The translations under genes and the position numbers were made by a program. The notes under the pieces are model-generated. The model was not told where the DNA came from, did not search any database, and saw only the letters and a list, made by a program, of their open reading frames with translations. This document shows positions 27,440-42,636 of a DNA stretch of 64,000 nt, in pieces. Numbering within the stretch: position 1 is the stretch's first letter; each line of letters begins with the position of its first letter. The stretch comes from Eledone cirrhosa (Eukaryota): assembly GCA_964016885.1 (NCBI GenBank), contig OZ024753.1, positions 34,534,001 through 34,598,000 of the forward strand, given 5' to 3'.

Positions 27440-28330
27440 TAAATCCATGTAGGAGAACCCCTACCGAAGCGCTGAACGAGTGTGACCTTTTAGTCCAGCC
27501 AGCGACTTGAAAACTCTGGTACAAACACTACACCTGTGACAATTATTGACACATAGCGCTGGGCCCATGGCACCACGTGACAACAAGTGCAGAGAGATCT
27601 CCAGATATAAAGCAATGCCTGTGCCTTGAAGCTTTTATAGTGAGCAAAGGCACTGCACAAAGACAGTCCCACTCTCTTAACCAAGATGATATTTACCAAA
27701 AAGAAGAACAAGTCAACATCATTGGATACCATCAGGGTTGCAGGTGTTATATCAGAGTTTTCCTTCTCCTAGAATTCTACCTTGACAAAGGCTAAGGGGT
27801 CATCTCTCCCGGTGATTTTGGATGGCCATTGACTCTTAAGAGTTCCTTTGCCCTTTGACAGGTTTTGTTTTTAGTCCTGCAGGATGTCCAAAGTCACCCC
27901 CTCACCAAGAAACCTTGGTGGGGTTGCCAGTTTAGTCGCCAACGACCCGACCATGAGACAGGTTGTACTGGGATACATGTTACCAGTAGCACCAATTGGT
28001 GACCTTCATACATACATACATACGTACAAACAAGTACATATACATACATACATTGAGTATAGCCATTGCACGATATAACATTATTAATAATTATTAATTA
28101 ATTATATCGTGCAATGCCTGTGCGTGAAGATTTTATTTGAAGTGAGGAAAGACTGTGCACTGAGCCAATCCCACTCTCTGAGCGACAGTAGCTATAACCC
28201 GAAAAGAAGAAAAGATCAACATCATCGGTAACTACTGAGCCGCAGGTTTTATATCGGAGTTATCCCAGTTTCCTGAGCTGCCTTCTCCTAGAAGAATGCC
28301 CTGACAAAGGCTAGAGGTCTTTTTACCTTG
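27440..28330 (-). mobile_element. Degenerate interspersed repeat, probably RTE-family 5' UTR fragments (two paralogous pieces)
   Basis: 27610-27795 and 28110-28315 share gcaatgcctgtgc..cccactctct..tcaacatca..gcagg..tatc.gagtt..ccttctcctagaa..gacaaaggcta. Confidence 0.35.
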
Positions 28331-28692
28331 TAGTAGTGGCATTGCTGGGTAGGGATAGTGACTGTATTGATTGTGATGGTGGTTGTGCATCTATGTGTGC
28401 ACTTGTCTCTTTGCATGTGAATACATATGCTCGTCCTCATATACTTATATGTATTATGGTGTGAATGTATTTGTGTGCGAAATTACATATATGCACCTAA
28501 TTTTATTTTTTCTCAATTCATTCATTTATCATTGCTGTTTATTTTTTCAACGATTGAATGGGCCTTAATTTAATGGCGGCAGCAGATAATGGTAGATAGT
28601 GGCTGAAAGTTTTAGCAAGGATGTGGTTATATAGAAGACACCATATTCATTTATTGCAATCGAATTGGTTATGTATATATATCTATATATAT

Positions 28693-28783
<91 letters not shown>

Positions 28784-28784
<1 letters not shown>

Positions 28785-28968
28785 CGAAGGAAATGTGGTA
28801 AGGAACCAGGTGGACCATAACGCACCAAAGTACTCAATACTTAAGGTAGTAGAGTGGGTAATAGGAACAAGTAGGACCCCGACGGCTGAGCTCAAGCCGT
28901 TTCGACGGCTAATTCAGAATTAGCCGTCGAAACGGCTTGAGCTCAGCCGTCGGGGTCCTACTTGTTCC
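28784..28968 (-). mobile_element. Family A PLE-terminal palindrome
   Basis: Near-perfect inverted arms centred at gctaattcagaattagc (~28916); (TA)n flanks. Confidence 0.7.
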
Positions 28969-29136
28969 TATATATATATATATATATATATATGATACAC
29001 ATATTGATACATACCCAAACATACACATGTATATATATCATCACAGACGCAATCCCGTAAACATACAGATATTTTCACACACACACTTACACACACATAT
29101 ATCACACATATATATATATATGTGTGTATATAAATA

Positions 29137-29176
<40 letters not shown>

Positions 29177-29251
29177 GAGTGTGTTCTGTTATTATTTCTG
29201 GCAATATTATAACAATATGACCCTCCCAAATATAACAATATATATATATAT

Positions 29252-29600
29252 AATATAAAATCAAAAGATGGTTAAAAGAGTTCCATGTATTTTATTATGC
29301 GCATTTCAAAAACAAACATCATCATGAGATGATATTTGCGTTCTCATCAGATAAAATAGGGAGACATGATATGAAGCTTAAAAAACACTTGCGAGTAGTG
29401 AAGTGTAAAATCAACATATGAAAAATAAAATAAGATGGATATATGAGATTGGGAAAAAAAAGGAAAGGAAGGGGGGAAGGAAGAGGTAAGGAGGATAATA
29501 ATAAAAAAAATATAATAATAAGGAAAGGATGACGGAGGAGGAGTATAAGAAGGAAGGATGAGAGAGGAGAAAATGAGTGAGAGAAACTCACCTCCTACAT
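29252..29600 (-). mobile_element. Family B PLE 3' fragment with hammerhead at 29290-29356
   Basis: Reverse complement ttttat-CTGATGA-..-GAAA-tgcgc-ATA^ataaaa. Homologous to 47230-47546; inverted terminus aaactcacctcctacat at 29584-29600. Confidence 0.7.
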
Positions 29601-29603
29601 ATA

Positions 29604-29643
<40 letters not shown>

Positions 29644-29645
<2 letters not shown>

Positions 29646-30482
29646 AGAGACGTAAAATAAGAAAATTATAAAATTAACTTACTTACTAAAATATCACTTC
29701 CAACTAATTCCTGACGACGGAATGCTTCTCTATATTATTCTTCGGAAAATATATTTATTCCATTCCAGAAACTAATTAGTTGGAAGTGATATTTTAGTAA
29801 GTAAGTTAATTTTATAATTTTCTTATTTTACGTCTCTTATATTATTGTTCTGCAACCCCATACATTGAACCACACTGTTATTAAGACAAAACCTATATAT
29901 TTGCTAGCATTGATATGCATCTGTATGTATATATATGTTACTAGATATGAATTCTTTATTATTATCTCCAAATTATTTGTCGAGCAATATTGGCCATGAC
30001 TGCTGCTACGGTTGTAGGCAGGCCGCTGTCTTATTAGCAAACCACTTTCCACTGATTGACCTCGATGTCACGTGTTCGATTCTTTTTGAATTTGCCACAG
30101 ACGTAGAGGCAGCGATTTTCTCAATGGCTTGGAATTCAGTCCACGCTTCGCTATTTCCTATCCACTGAATTATTTTTTAATAAGTTTCCAGTGTCCTTGC
30201 TTTGCCTGGAAACTTACATGAGAATAGACTTTCCTGACGACGGAATGCTTCTCCATATTATTCTTCGGAAAATATATTTACTCCATTCCAGAAACTAATT
30301 AGTTGGAAGTGATATTTTAGTAAGTAAGTTAATTTTATCATTTTCTTATTTTACGTCTCATATATTATTGTTCTGCAACCCCATGCATTGAACCACACTG
30401 TTATTAAGACAAAACCTATATATTTGCTAGCATTGATATGCATCTGTATGTATATATATGTTACTAGATATTAATTCTTTAT

Positions 30483-30484
<2 letters not shown>
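29644..30484 (+). mobile_element. Retrozyme-like element: 523-bp tandem unit with two hammerheads and an inverted 5' piece
   Basis: CTGACGA at 29711 and 30234, each followed by ggaatg..cTTCGg..cattcc-a-GAAA-ctaatta-GTT^ggaagt. 29644-29709 is the reverse complement of ~29773-29838; (TA)n flanks. Confidence 0.7.
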
Positions 30485-30532
<48 letters not shown>

Positions 30533-30790
30533 TATATCGGTTACAACCAGCTCGATTCAATAAAGCATTTGCTCATCATCTGTCCATCCCAGAAGCGATA
30601 AACATATTCCACTGCATCTCATGAGCGAATCGATCAGTGAGCAATCTATTAACACCCTGAGTTGGTCATTGGGGAAACATCTGTTACGAGTGATTACGAA
30701 TGAAATATGTTGAACTGAAATATAAAAGTTCGGTCAATACCAATGGCTGCCTGTATTGATTCACGCTATAAAGCAAGGGCTGTTGAAACA

Positions 30791-31042
<252 letters not shown>

Positions 31043-31089
<47 letters not shown>

Positions 31090-31498
31090 ATTTATATATA
31101 TATATATTTATATATATATATATTTATATATATATATATTTATATATATATATATTTATATATATATATTTATATATATATATATTTATATATATATATA
31201 TTTATATATATATATATTTATATATATATATATTTATATATATATATTTATATATATATATTTATATATATATATTTATATATATATATATTTATATATA
31301 TATATATTTATATATATATATATTTATATATATATATATTTATATATATATATATTTATATATATATATATTTATATATATATATATTTATATATATATA
31401 TATTTATATATATATATTTATATATATTTATATATATATATTTATATATATATATTTATATATATATATTTATATATATATATTTATATATATATATT

Positions 31499-31536
<38 letters not shown>

Positions 31537-31544
31537 TATATATA

Positions 31545-31597
<53 letters not shown>

Positions 31598-31666
31598 ATT
31601 TATATATATATATTTATATATATATATTTATATATATATATTTATATATATATATTTATATATATA

Positions 31667-31747
<81 letters not shown>

Positions 31748-31780
31748 ATTTATATATATATATGTATGTATATATATATA

Positions 31781-31827
<47 letters not shown>

Positions 31828-31844
31828 GTATGTATATATATATA

Positions 31845-31934
<90 letters not shown>

Positions 31935-32030
31935 TACATACATACACATATATACATACATGCACATATATACATACATATATTTACATATATATGTGTG
32001 TATCTAAATATATAATATACACACACAAAC
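31043..32030. repeat. (TA)n microsatellite with periodic TT interruptions
   Basis: Direct reading. Confidence 0.95.
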
Positions 32031-32307
32031 ATGCGTGTGTGCTGGACACCCTGTGTACGCATGTACTTTGTGTGTAACTGAGTATTTCTGGTTTTGTATT
32101 CCGAAAATTTAGCAAAAACAAACCATTGTTTGGAAAACATATTTTTACTGCAATCCCTTTTGCCTAAAATAACTTCCAGTGCATCACTTAGGCTAGAAAC
32201 CTCAAAGAGAAGGCATATTTTCTCCCCTATATAAATCAATAGAGGAAAGTAATTTGCAACCATTAATAGAGGAGATAATACAAAATGTACGCAAGCACAA
32301 ACACATT

Positions 32308-35300
32308 ATATATATACATATATAAATAATATAGAGACACATTCACAAGACAGAGACAATAGTTAATGACACACATACAAACAGATATATATATATATAT
32401 ACATATATATAAAACAATATAGAGACATATTCACAAGACAGAGACAATAGTTAATGACACACACATACAAACACATATATATACATATATATAAAACAAT
32501 ATAGAGACACATTCACAAGACAGACAATAGTTAATGACACACATACAAACACACATATATATACATATATATAAATAATATAGAGACACATTCACAAGAC
32601 AGAGACAATAGTTAATGACACACATACAAACACATATATATATACATATATATAAAACAATATAGAGACACATTCACAAGACAGAGACAATAGTTAATGA
32701 CACACATACAAACACACATATATACACATATATATAAAACAATATAGAGACATATTCAGAAAACAGAGACAATAGTTAATGATACACATACAAACACATA
32801 TATATACATATATATAAAACTATATAGAGACATATTCACAAGACAGAGACAATAGTTAATGACACACATACAAACACATATATATATATATACATATATA
32901 TACATATATATAAAACAATATAGAGACACATTCACAAAACAGAGACAATAGTTAATGACACACATTCAAACACATATATATATACATATATATAAAACTA
33001 TATAGAGACACATTCACAAGACAGAGACAATAGTTAATGACACACATACAAACACATATATATATACATATATATAAAACAATATAGAGACACATTCACA
33101 AAACAGAGACAATATTTAATGATACACATTCAAACACATATATATACATATATATAAAACTATATAGAGACACATTCACAAGACAGAGACAATAGTTAAT
33201 GACACACATACAAACACATATATATACATATATATAAAACAATATAGAGACACATTCACAAAACAGAGACAATAGTTAATGACACACATACAAACACATA
33301 TATATATACATATATATAAAACAATATAGAGACACATTCACAAAACAGAGACAATAGTTAATGACACACACACAAACACATATATATATATATACATATA
33401 TATAAAACAATATAGAGACATATTCACAAGACAGACAATAGTTAATGACACACATACAAACATATATATACATATATGTAAATAATATAGAGACATATTC
33501 ACAAGACAGAGACAATAGTTAATGACACACATACAAACACATATATATACATATATATAAAACTATATAGAGACATATTCACAAGACAGAGACAATAGTT
33601 AATGACACACATACAAACACATATATATACATATATATAAAACTATATAGAGACACATTCACAAGACAGAGACAATAGTTAATGACACACATACAAACAC
33701 ATATATATATATATACATATATATAAAACAATATAGAGACACATTCACAAGACAGAGACAATAGTTAATGACACACATACAAACACACATATATATACAT
33801 ATATATAAAACAATATAGAGACACATTCACAGACAGAGACAATAGTTAATGACACACATTCAAACACACATATATATACATATATATAAAACAGTATAGA
33901 GACACATTCACAAGACAGAGACAATAGTTAATGACACACATACAAACACATATATATATACATATATATAAAACAATATAGAGACACATTCACAAGACAG
34001 AGACAATAGTTAATGACACACATTCAAACACATATATATATACATATATATAAAACAATATAGAGACACATTCACAAAACAGAGACAATAGTTAATGACA
34101 CACATACAAACGCATATATATATATACATATATATAAAACAGTATAGAGACACATTCACAAGACAGAGACAATAGTTAATGACACACATACAAACACATA
34201 TATATATACATATATATAAAACAGTATAGAGACACATTCACAAGACAGAGACAATAGTTAATGACACACATACAAACACACATATATACACATATATATA
34301 AAACAATATAGAGACATATTCACAAAACAGAGACAATAGTTAATGACACATATACAAACATATATATATATATACATATATATAAAACAATATAGAGACA
34401 CATTCACAAGACAGAGACAATAGTTAATGATACACACACAAACACACATATATATATATATACATATATAAAAAACAATATAGAGACATATTCACAAGAC
34501 AGACAATAGTTAATGACACACATACAAACACATATATATACATATATATAAAACAATATAGAGACACATTCACAAGACAGAGACAATAGTTAATGACACA
34601 CATACAAACACACATATATATATATACATATATATAAAACAATATAGAGACATATTCACAAGACAGACAATAGTTAATGACACACATACAAACACACATA
34701 TATACATATATATAAAACAATATAGAGACACATTCATAAGACAGAGACAATAGTTAATGACACACATACAAACATATATATATATACATATATATAAAAC
34801 AATATAGAGACACATTCACAAGACAGAGACAATAGTTAATGATACACATACAAACACATATATATACATATATATAAAACAATATAGAGAGATATTCACA
34901 AAACAGAGACAATAGTTAATGACACACATACAAACACACATATATATACACATATATAAAACAATATAGAGACACATTCACAGACAGAGACAATAGTTAA
35001 TGACACACATACAAACACATATATATACATATATATAAAACTATATAGAGACATATTCACAAGACAGAGACAATAGTTAATGACACACATACAAACACAC
35101 ATATATATATATATATACATATATATAAAACAATATAGAGACACATTCACAAGACAGAGACAATAGTTAATGACACACATACAAACACATATATATACAT
35201 TTATATAAAACAATATAGAGACACATTCACAAGACAGAGACAATAGTTAATGACACACATACAAACACATATATATATACATATATATAAAACAATATAG

Positions 35301-35704
35301 AGACACATTCACAGACAGAGACAATAGTTAATGACACACATACAAACACACATATATATATATACATATATATAAAACAATATAGAGACACATTCACAAA
35401 ACAGAGACAATAGTTAATGATACACACACAAACACACACACATATATATACATATATATAAACAATATAGAGACACGTTCACAAGACACAGACAATAGTT
35501 AATGACACACATACAAACACATATATATATATACATATATATAAAACAATATAGAGACACATTCACAAGACAGAGACAATAGTTAATGACACACATACAA
35601 ACACACACATATATATACATATATATAAAACAATATAGAGACACATTCACAAGACAGAGACAATAGTTAATGACACACATACAAACACATATATATATAT
35701 ACAT
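32308..35704. repeat. ~80-82 bp minisatellite array, ~40 units
   Basis: Unit aaaacaatatagagacacattcacaagacagagacaatagttaatgacacacatacaaacac(at)nac(at)n; anchors at 32581 and 32663. Confidence 0.95.
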
Positions 35705-36117
35705 AAATTATTAAAAAATAATGAATAAACAAAGAAACAGTTCCTTATATTAAACAAAAGAAGCTCATTATTTTACGATCGTTTCTAGGACATATATGTG
35801 TTAGAATTGGTATGCATATTCAAAAGATCTATATACAAAATTATACAAACTATCAAAGAGAATATACATACCTTCACATATATATGCTGTCTATACACAC
35901 ATATAAAACAATATAGAGACACATTCACAAGACAAAGACGATGTCAATCATACACATACAAACACATTTAGGAATAAACGTGGTCTCACTTTCACACATT
36001 TAGTGTTACAGATATCTTAAATGAAACATCTTGCAAGAGGCGTGTAATCAGTTTTAATCGTTTCTTTCACATCCTTTATATGTATATATTATCTCTCCCC
36101 TCCTCTCTCCCTCTCTG

Positions 36118-36154
<37 letters not shown>

Positions 36155-36301
36155 CTGTGTGTCTGTGTGTGTGTCTGTGTGTGTCTGTGTCTGTGTGTAT
36201 CTGTGTGTGTGTGTGTGCATAAACTTTGGTAAATTAACAAAGAAAAGACAAGACAACGAACGAAAACAAGGTAAAAAGAAAAACAATTTATATATATATA
36301 T

Positions 36302-36332
<31 letters not shown>

Positions 36333-36406
36333 CATACATATATATATATACATATATATATACACACACATATATATATACACACATACATATATACATA
36401 CACTGT

Positions 36407-36437
<31 letters not shown>

Positions 36438-36508
36438 AAGATTGGAACGGCAACAAAAACAGAGAGGCAGTATAAACAAAGGCTTATTAGTTTCACGCTC
36501 TTGTGTAT

Positions 36509-36540
<32 letters not shown>

Positions 36541-36542
<2 letters not shown>

Positions 36543-36776
36543 GCAAAAGTTCTATTTAAAATTGTTGGGATATAACAATTAAATATTTTATAACTGATAT
36601 AAAGCACTCGACAAGTTTTTGGAGTAGATATACGATATTAAATAAATGGAAACTATATTTATAAAACCATATTTATTTCATTATACATATTTCAGGGATA
36701 CCAAATTAAAATATGGTATGCCTTCATCAGACAAAATACAATATATAAACAGTTTTATAAATAATTTTGACATACC
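36541..36776 (-). mobile_element. Family C PLE terminal fragment with hammerhead at 36676-36736
   Basis: Reverse complement ttttgt-CTGATGA-aggcatacca..tggtatccct-GAAA-tatgt-ATA^atgaaa. Homologous to 44170-44402. Confidence 0.7.
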
Positions 36777-38399
36777 CTATTAGATGCAACCATTACTTTT
36801 GGAAGCTGTCTGGATAGTGAGATGTTTATAATTATTTTATTAGTTATAGTGTTAAGCACAGTTAGAAAAAGACGGAGAGAAATAAAAAACGGAGAGAGAG
36901 AAGGAGAGAGAAAAAGAAGGAGAGAGAGAAAAAGAAAACCTGGAGAAATACCGGAGAGAGAGAGAAATGTATGTAGAAAAGAAAGATATAAATAGATAGG
37001 AGGAAATAAAAAAGAAAGAAAAAAGGAAGAAATAATTAAAAACAAAAGAAAGCAACAGAGAGATAATAATTCATCATACAGATAGAAAAACTCAAGAGAG
37101 AGGAAATACTATATAGAGAGAGGGGGATATAGTGACAACTTTACGTCATGTCATATTAAGTTGAGTTAACAATTCATATGAAATGAATAATAAAAATGTA
37201 AATATCAATATTCATGAATGGGACATAGATATATAATATGAGAAATTAACATTGTTCAATAATGACCATATGTTTAGTTTAAAATTTTGAGGTCAATATA
37301 CCAAAATCTGAGTTAAAACCTTCAAAAAATACCCTATTTATAAAAATACGGATACAAATATGTATATATATATACACACATATGTACGTCCTGAAAAAAG
37401 AGAAATTATGTCTACTCAAGTCAATAATATAGACATACAAATGATTTCACTTGATCACTTCTATACATTTCTTGTGTTATAAAAATTTCACAGTATATAT
37501 ACATAAAATACGATTAATATTCATGTCCTCATATATATGATTACCGTTCATGTATTTAATATTATGCATATCTACAACACACATCAACATATACACACAC
37601 AACCATATATACACATACATATGTATAAATAAATATCTGCGTGAGTCTTCCAGCATCGTTATGCATATATACAGACGTATATACAAACACATAAATAGAC
37701 CATTTAAAACTTTTATATGCATATTAATGCACACATATGGCCTTTGTATAGAGATAATCAAATATCAATATATTAATATAGAAATATCAAAGCATTAAAT
37801 ATCTTTAAAACACTATAGAGTATCTCAAGTTAAAATAATATGTTTTATATATTTATTATAGAAATCTATCCTACCTATATCTCAAACAAGATATTGCAAG
37901 GGTAGACATATGAAAGTTATTAGAAGCTATCATAGTCAAAACAAATAAAAAACTAAAAATAATTTTAAAGATTTAGAAGACACAGTGATTCTACGGATAC
38001 CCTTATATTTAGTATAGAAATTTATCTTACGTATATTTTATTTAATACATTGGGAGCATATACATTTTAGAGTAGTTTATTATATCCTTGTTTATATTTA
38101 GGAAGAAAGTTTAAAATGAAAAAGGTGAAGGAATCTAATGATTTATCGTCAGGTTTCATATATTAACTAAATTTCTTAATTAATTATACTACATTTTAAA
38201 TTTATATTTATATTTAAACGTTGAGTTCAATCTATGTCTGCATATATATAAGGCTGCAGGTTCCTTTGGTTAAGACGTTGCTTAAAATCTGCTTGATTTC
38301 ACTATGGCGTGTGTTACAGCTTTTGGTTTAATCGAGCTAAACTTTACGTGCGTTCATATGATTTTCATAGCAGACTAACTACTAATAGTCTCGCCTTCC

Positions 38400-38790
38400 G
38401 GATTGGCAGTATCGGTAGAGGGTCGGACACCATGCTTTGACGCATAGAGTTACGGCCCTTGCCATTCTGAGTACAAATCCCGCCGAGGTTAACTTTGCCT
38501 TTCATCCTTACGGGGTCGATAAAATAAAGTATCAGTAATACACTGGGAAATTGCTGGCCTCGTGCCAAACGTAGAAACAATTATTCAACATTGAAACATG
38601 GCGGCGACTTGGCAGTATCGGTAGAGGGTCGGACGCCATTCTTTGACGTATAGAGTTACGGCCGTTGCCATTCTGAGTTCAAATCCCGCCGAGGATAACT
38701 TTGCCTTTCATCCTTACGGGGTCCATAAAATAAAGTACCAGTAATGTACTGGGTATTTGCTGGCCTTGTGCCAATAGTAGAAACAATTAT
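38400..38790 (+). mobile_element. Two tandem full-length Nin/Deu-core SINEs
   Basis: Heads at 38400 and 38600, both with core and tail. Confidence 0.85.
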
Positions 38791-39099
38791 TTAACATTGA
38801 AATTCCCTTTAGGTATAAACAATGTGACATTAACAATTTCTTATTGGATTATTTAATTACGATTCAGTTGTAAATTTTATTTATTTATTTATTTATCTCG
38901 TGAGTTATTGATTTTTCGATATAAATTGAAATATCTAAGAGACTTACCAATCGTATGAATGGCGACTAATTGAGAAGGAAGATAGTAAAGTTATGGTTCT
39001 ACCAATATATACAACAACCATTGCAACTACAACGAGAAGAATATGAGAGAAAATAGTAGCTGTATTATTATTATAAGAGAGGAACTATAATATTAGTAT

Positions 39100-39375
39100 G
39101 GCTACTGCTGTTGCTGCTACTACTACTACAACTACTACTACTTACTATCATCACTACTACTACTACTTACTATCATCACTACTACTACTACTACTTACTA
39201 TCATCACTACTACTACTACTTACTATCATCACTACTACTACTACTACTACTACTACTTACTATCATCACTACTACTACTACTACTTACTATCATCACTAC
39301 TACTACTACTACTTACTATCATCACTACTACTACTACTACTTACTATCATCACTACTACTACTACTTACTATCAT

Positions 39376-39410
<35 letters not shown>

Positions 39411-39807
39411 ACTATCATCACTACTACTACTAGTACTACTACTACTACTATCATCACTACTAGTACTACTACTACTACTTACTATCATCACTACTAGTAC
39501 TACTACTACTACTTACTATCATCACTACTAGTACTACTACTACTACTTACTATCATCACTACCACTACTACTACTACTTACTATCATCACTACTAGTACT
39601 ACTACTACTACTTACTATCATCACTACTAGTACTACTACTACTACTTACTATCATCACTACTAGTACTACTACTACTACTTACTATCATCACTACTAGTA
39701 CTACTACTACTACTTACTATCATCACTACCACTACTACTACTACTTACTACCACCACTACTACTACTACTACTTACTATCATCACTACTACTACTACTTA
39801 CTATCAT

Positions 39808-39842
<35 letters not shown>

Positions 39843-40061
39843 ACTATCATCACTACTACTACTAGTACTACTACTACTACTATCATCACTACTAGTACTA
39901 CTACTACTACTTACTATCATCACTACTAGTACTACTACTACTACTTACTATCATCACTACTAGTACTACTACTACTACTTACTATCATCACTACCACTAC
40001 TACTACTACTTACTACCACCACTACTACTACTACTACTTACTACCACCACTACTACTACTT

Positions 40062-40104
<43 letters not shown>

Positions 40105-40245
40105 ACTATCATCACTACCACTACTACTACTACTTACTATCATCACTTCCACCACTACTACTAATTACTACCACTACTACTACTACTACTACTTACTACC
40201 ACTACTACTACTACTACTTACTACCACCACTACTACTACTACTAC
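39100..40245. repeat. (TAC)n-based minisatellite, (tac)n-ttactatcatcac
   Basis: Direct reading. Confidence 0.95.
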
Positions 40246-40291
40246 TTGTCTGATGACCCTGTGAGAGCCAGGCGAAACTCTAGAGTAACAA
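40246..40291 (+). ncRNA. Minimal type I hammerhead ribozyme, canonical
   Basis: ttgt-CTGATGA(40250)-ccctg tgagagc caggc-GAAA-ctctaga-GTA^acaa. Palindromic CUCUAGAG stem III; predicted cut after 40287. Confidence 0.75.
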
Positions 40292-40326
40292 CACTCACTA
40301 TTTAGCCTATATATATACATACAAAC

Positions 40327-40422
40327 GTGTATATATGTGTTTATTGTGTATATGTGTGTGTATATGAGTGTATATATATGTGTGTATGTGTGTCTGTGTA
40401 TGTGTATATGTGTGTGTGTGTG

Positions 40423-40459
<37 letters not shown>

Positions 40460-40610
40460 CTGTGTATGCGTATATATGTGTGTGTGTGTGTCTGTGTATG
40501 TGTGTATGTGTGTGTGTGTGTGTGTGTCTGTGTATGTGTATATATGTGTGTGTGTGTATGTGTATGTGTATATATATATGTGTGTGTGTGTCTGTATGTG
40601 TATATATATA

Positions 40611-40665
<55 letters not shown>

Positions 40666-40676
40666 CTGTGTATGTG

Positions 40677-40707
<31 letters not shown>

Positions 40708-40916
40708 CTGTGTATGCGCATATATATGTGTGTGTGTGTGTGTCTGTGTGTGTCTGTGTATGTGTATATATATGTGTGTGTGTGTGTGTCTGTGTATATA
40801 TGTGTGTGTGTCTGTGTATGTGTATATATATGTGTGTGTCTGTGTATGTGTATATATATATGTGTGTGTGTCTGTGTATGTGTATATATGTGTGTGTGTG
40901 TGTGTCTGTGTATGTG

Positions 40917-40951
<35 letters not shown>

Positions 40952-41010
40952 CTGTGTATATATGTGTGTGTGTGTGTGTCTGTGTATATATGTGTGTGTG
41001 TGTGTCTGTG

Positions 41011-41041
<31 letters not shown>

Positions 41042-41058
41042 CTGTGTCTGTGTATGTG

Positions 41059-41095
<37 letters not shown>

Positions 41096-41240
41096 CTGTG
41101 TATATGTGTGTGTGTGTGTGTCTGTGTATATATGTGTGTGTGTGTGTGTATATATATGTGTGTGTGTGTGTCTGTGTATATATATATGTGTGTGTGTCTG
41201 TGTATGTGTATATATGTGTGTGTGTGTGTCTGTGTATGTG

Positions 41241-41275
<35 letters not shown>

Positions 41276-41280
41276 CTGTG

Positions 41281-41311
<31 letters not shown>

Positions 41312-41342
41312 CTGTGTATATATGTGTGTGTGTGTGTCTGTG

Positions 41343-41375
<33 letters not shown>

Positions 41376-41392
41376 CTGTGTCTGTGTATGTG

Positions 41393-41432
<40 letters not shown>

Positions 41433-41460
41433 TGTGTATATGTGTGTGTGTGTGTCTGTG

Positions 41461-41506
<46 letters not shown>

Positions 41507-41522
41507 TGTGTATATGTGTGTA
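40327..41522. repeat. (TG)/(TA) compound microsatellite
   Basis: Direct reading; source of the CV and HT ORFs. Confidence 0.95.
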
Positions 41523-41850
41523 TGGAAGGCAACTGTATCGAAAGCAGAGCAACACACCGACATAAAATTAAGAAACTGTGCCGTAGGCAGGATATGACTC
41601 TGGTGGGTTTCCACTCCTCCTCCATTAATCTGGTCCATCACCCAAGAGTGTCTGTGGGTATATTTTGTGTCATCTCAGCCTCTGCAGCATAATCACTCAA
41701 GCAGCCATGGGCCACCATGGGCCACCATGAGCTTCCCATTGCTGATGTTATCTGCTGGTAGCAGCTCTTGGCAGGAGGCAGGGTTTGAATTCAGAACGCA
41801 CAGAGCCAGATCAGATATTGCGGCGAAGTATCCTGTTAGATTCTTTAATA

Positions 41851-42036
41851 ACTGTTTCTACTTTAGGCACAAGGACAGCAATTATCCAGTACATTACTGG
41901 TACTTTATTTTATCGACCCCGTAAGGATGAAAGGCAAAGTTAACCTCGGCAGGATTTGAACTCAGAATGTAAAGGGACTTAACTATGCTAGAAAGCATGG
42001 CATCCAACCCTCTACCGATACTGCCAATCCACCGCC
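41851..42036 (-). mobile_element. Nin/Deu-core SINE, full length
   Basis: Reverse complement of the family consensus through ctgccaatccaccgcc. Confidence 0.85.
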
Positions 42037-42212
42037 CAATCCACCCCTAGATTCTTTAATAATTCCTCCTGTCCACCGTCCAAAGACATGTACTTTGTTT
42101 ATCAACCACGTAAAAGCAAAGTTTACCTCGGCGGGGATTTGAACTCGGTGTGCAGAAGGCCGGAAGATATACTGGTGTATCTAATCCGACGCTCTAATGT
42201 CTTTGCCAAATC

Positions 42213-42400
42213 CCTTCTTCTTCTTCTCCCACGTATTCCTGGGAGGGCCAGAAGGATCCGTCTCCAATCGATCCAGCTGGATCCCCAAGCGAAACCAGCT
42301 GAGCTCATGGATGTTATCCAGCCATCTTGCTCGGGGTTTCCCGCTGGCTGGTTTTGCCCGTAAAATCTATCCAGCAATTTTCTCCTGAGACCTTCTAACC
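42213..42400 (-). mobile_element. 3' end of RTE-clade LINE
   Basis: Minus frame GKPRARWLDNIHELSWFRLGIQLDRLET (RTE GRPR..W.D motif) with a (GAA)n tail; related to 11889. Confidence 0.6.
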
Positions 42401-42590
42401 CCCTGTCTATAATATCGCTGCTATGATCCTGCCAAATCTCCATCAATAACATTAAAATATGTTTAAGAACAGATAGCTTTCATTCACCCCCAGATATCGG
42501 GGTACACACAACACTTTGGTATAGCACATTGTTTGAAATAATAGGTAAACATTTCCATGAATACGAGAGGATGCCTTGTTCTTTTACCAT

Positions 42591-42635
<45 letters not shown>

Positions 42636-42636
<1 letters not shown>

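Noticed and set aside
30531-30700. Possible GIY-YIG remnant beginning YIGY
   Set aside because: Similarity would need several frameshifts and is too weak to call.
32308-35704. CRISPR-like regular repeats
   Set aside because: No unique spacers and no cas genes; eukaryotic minisatellite.
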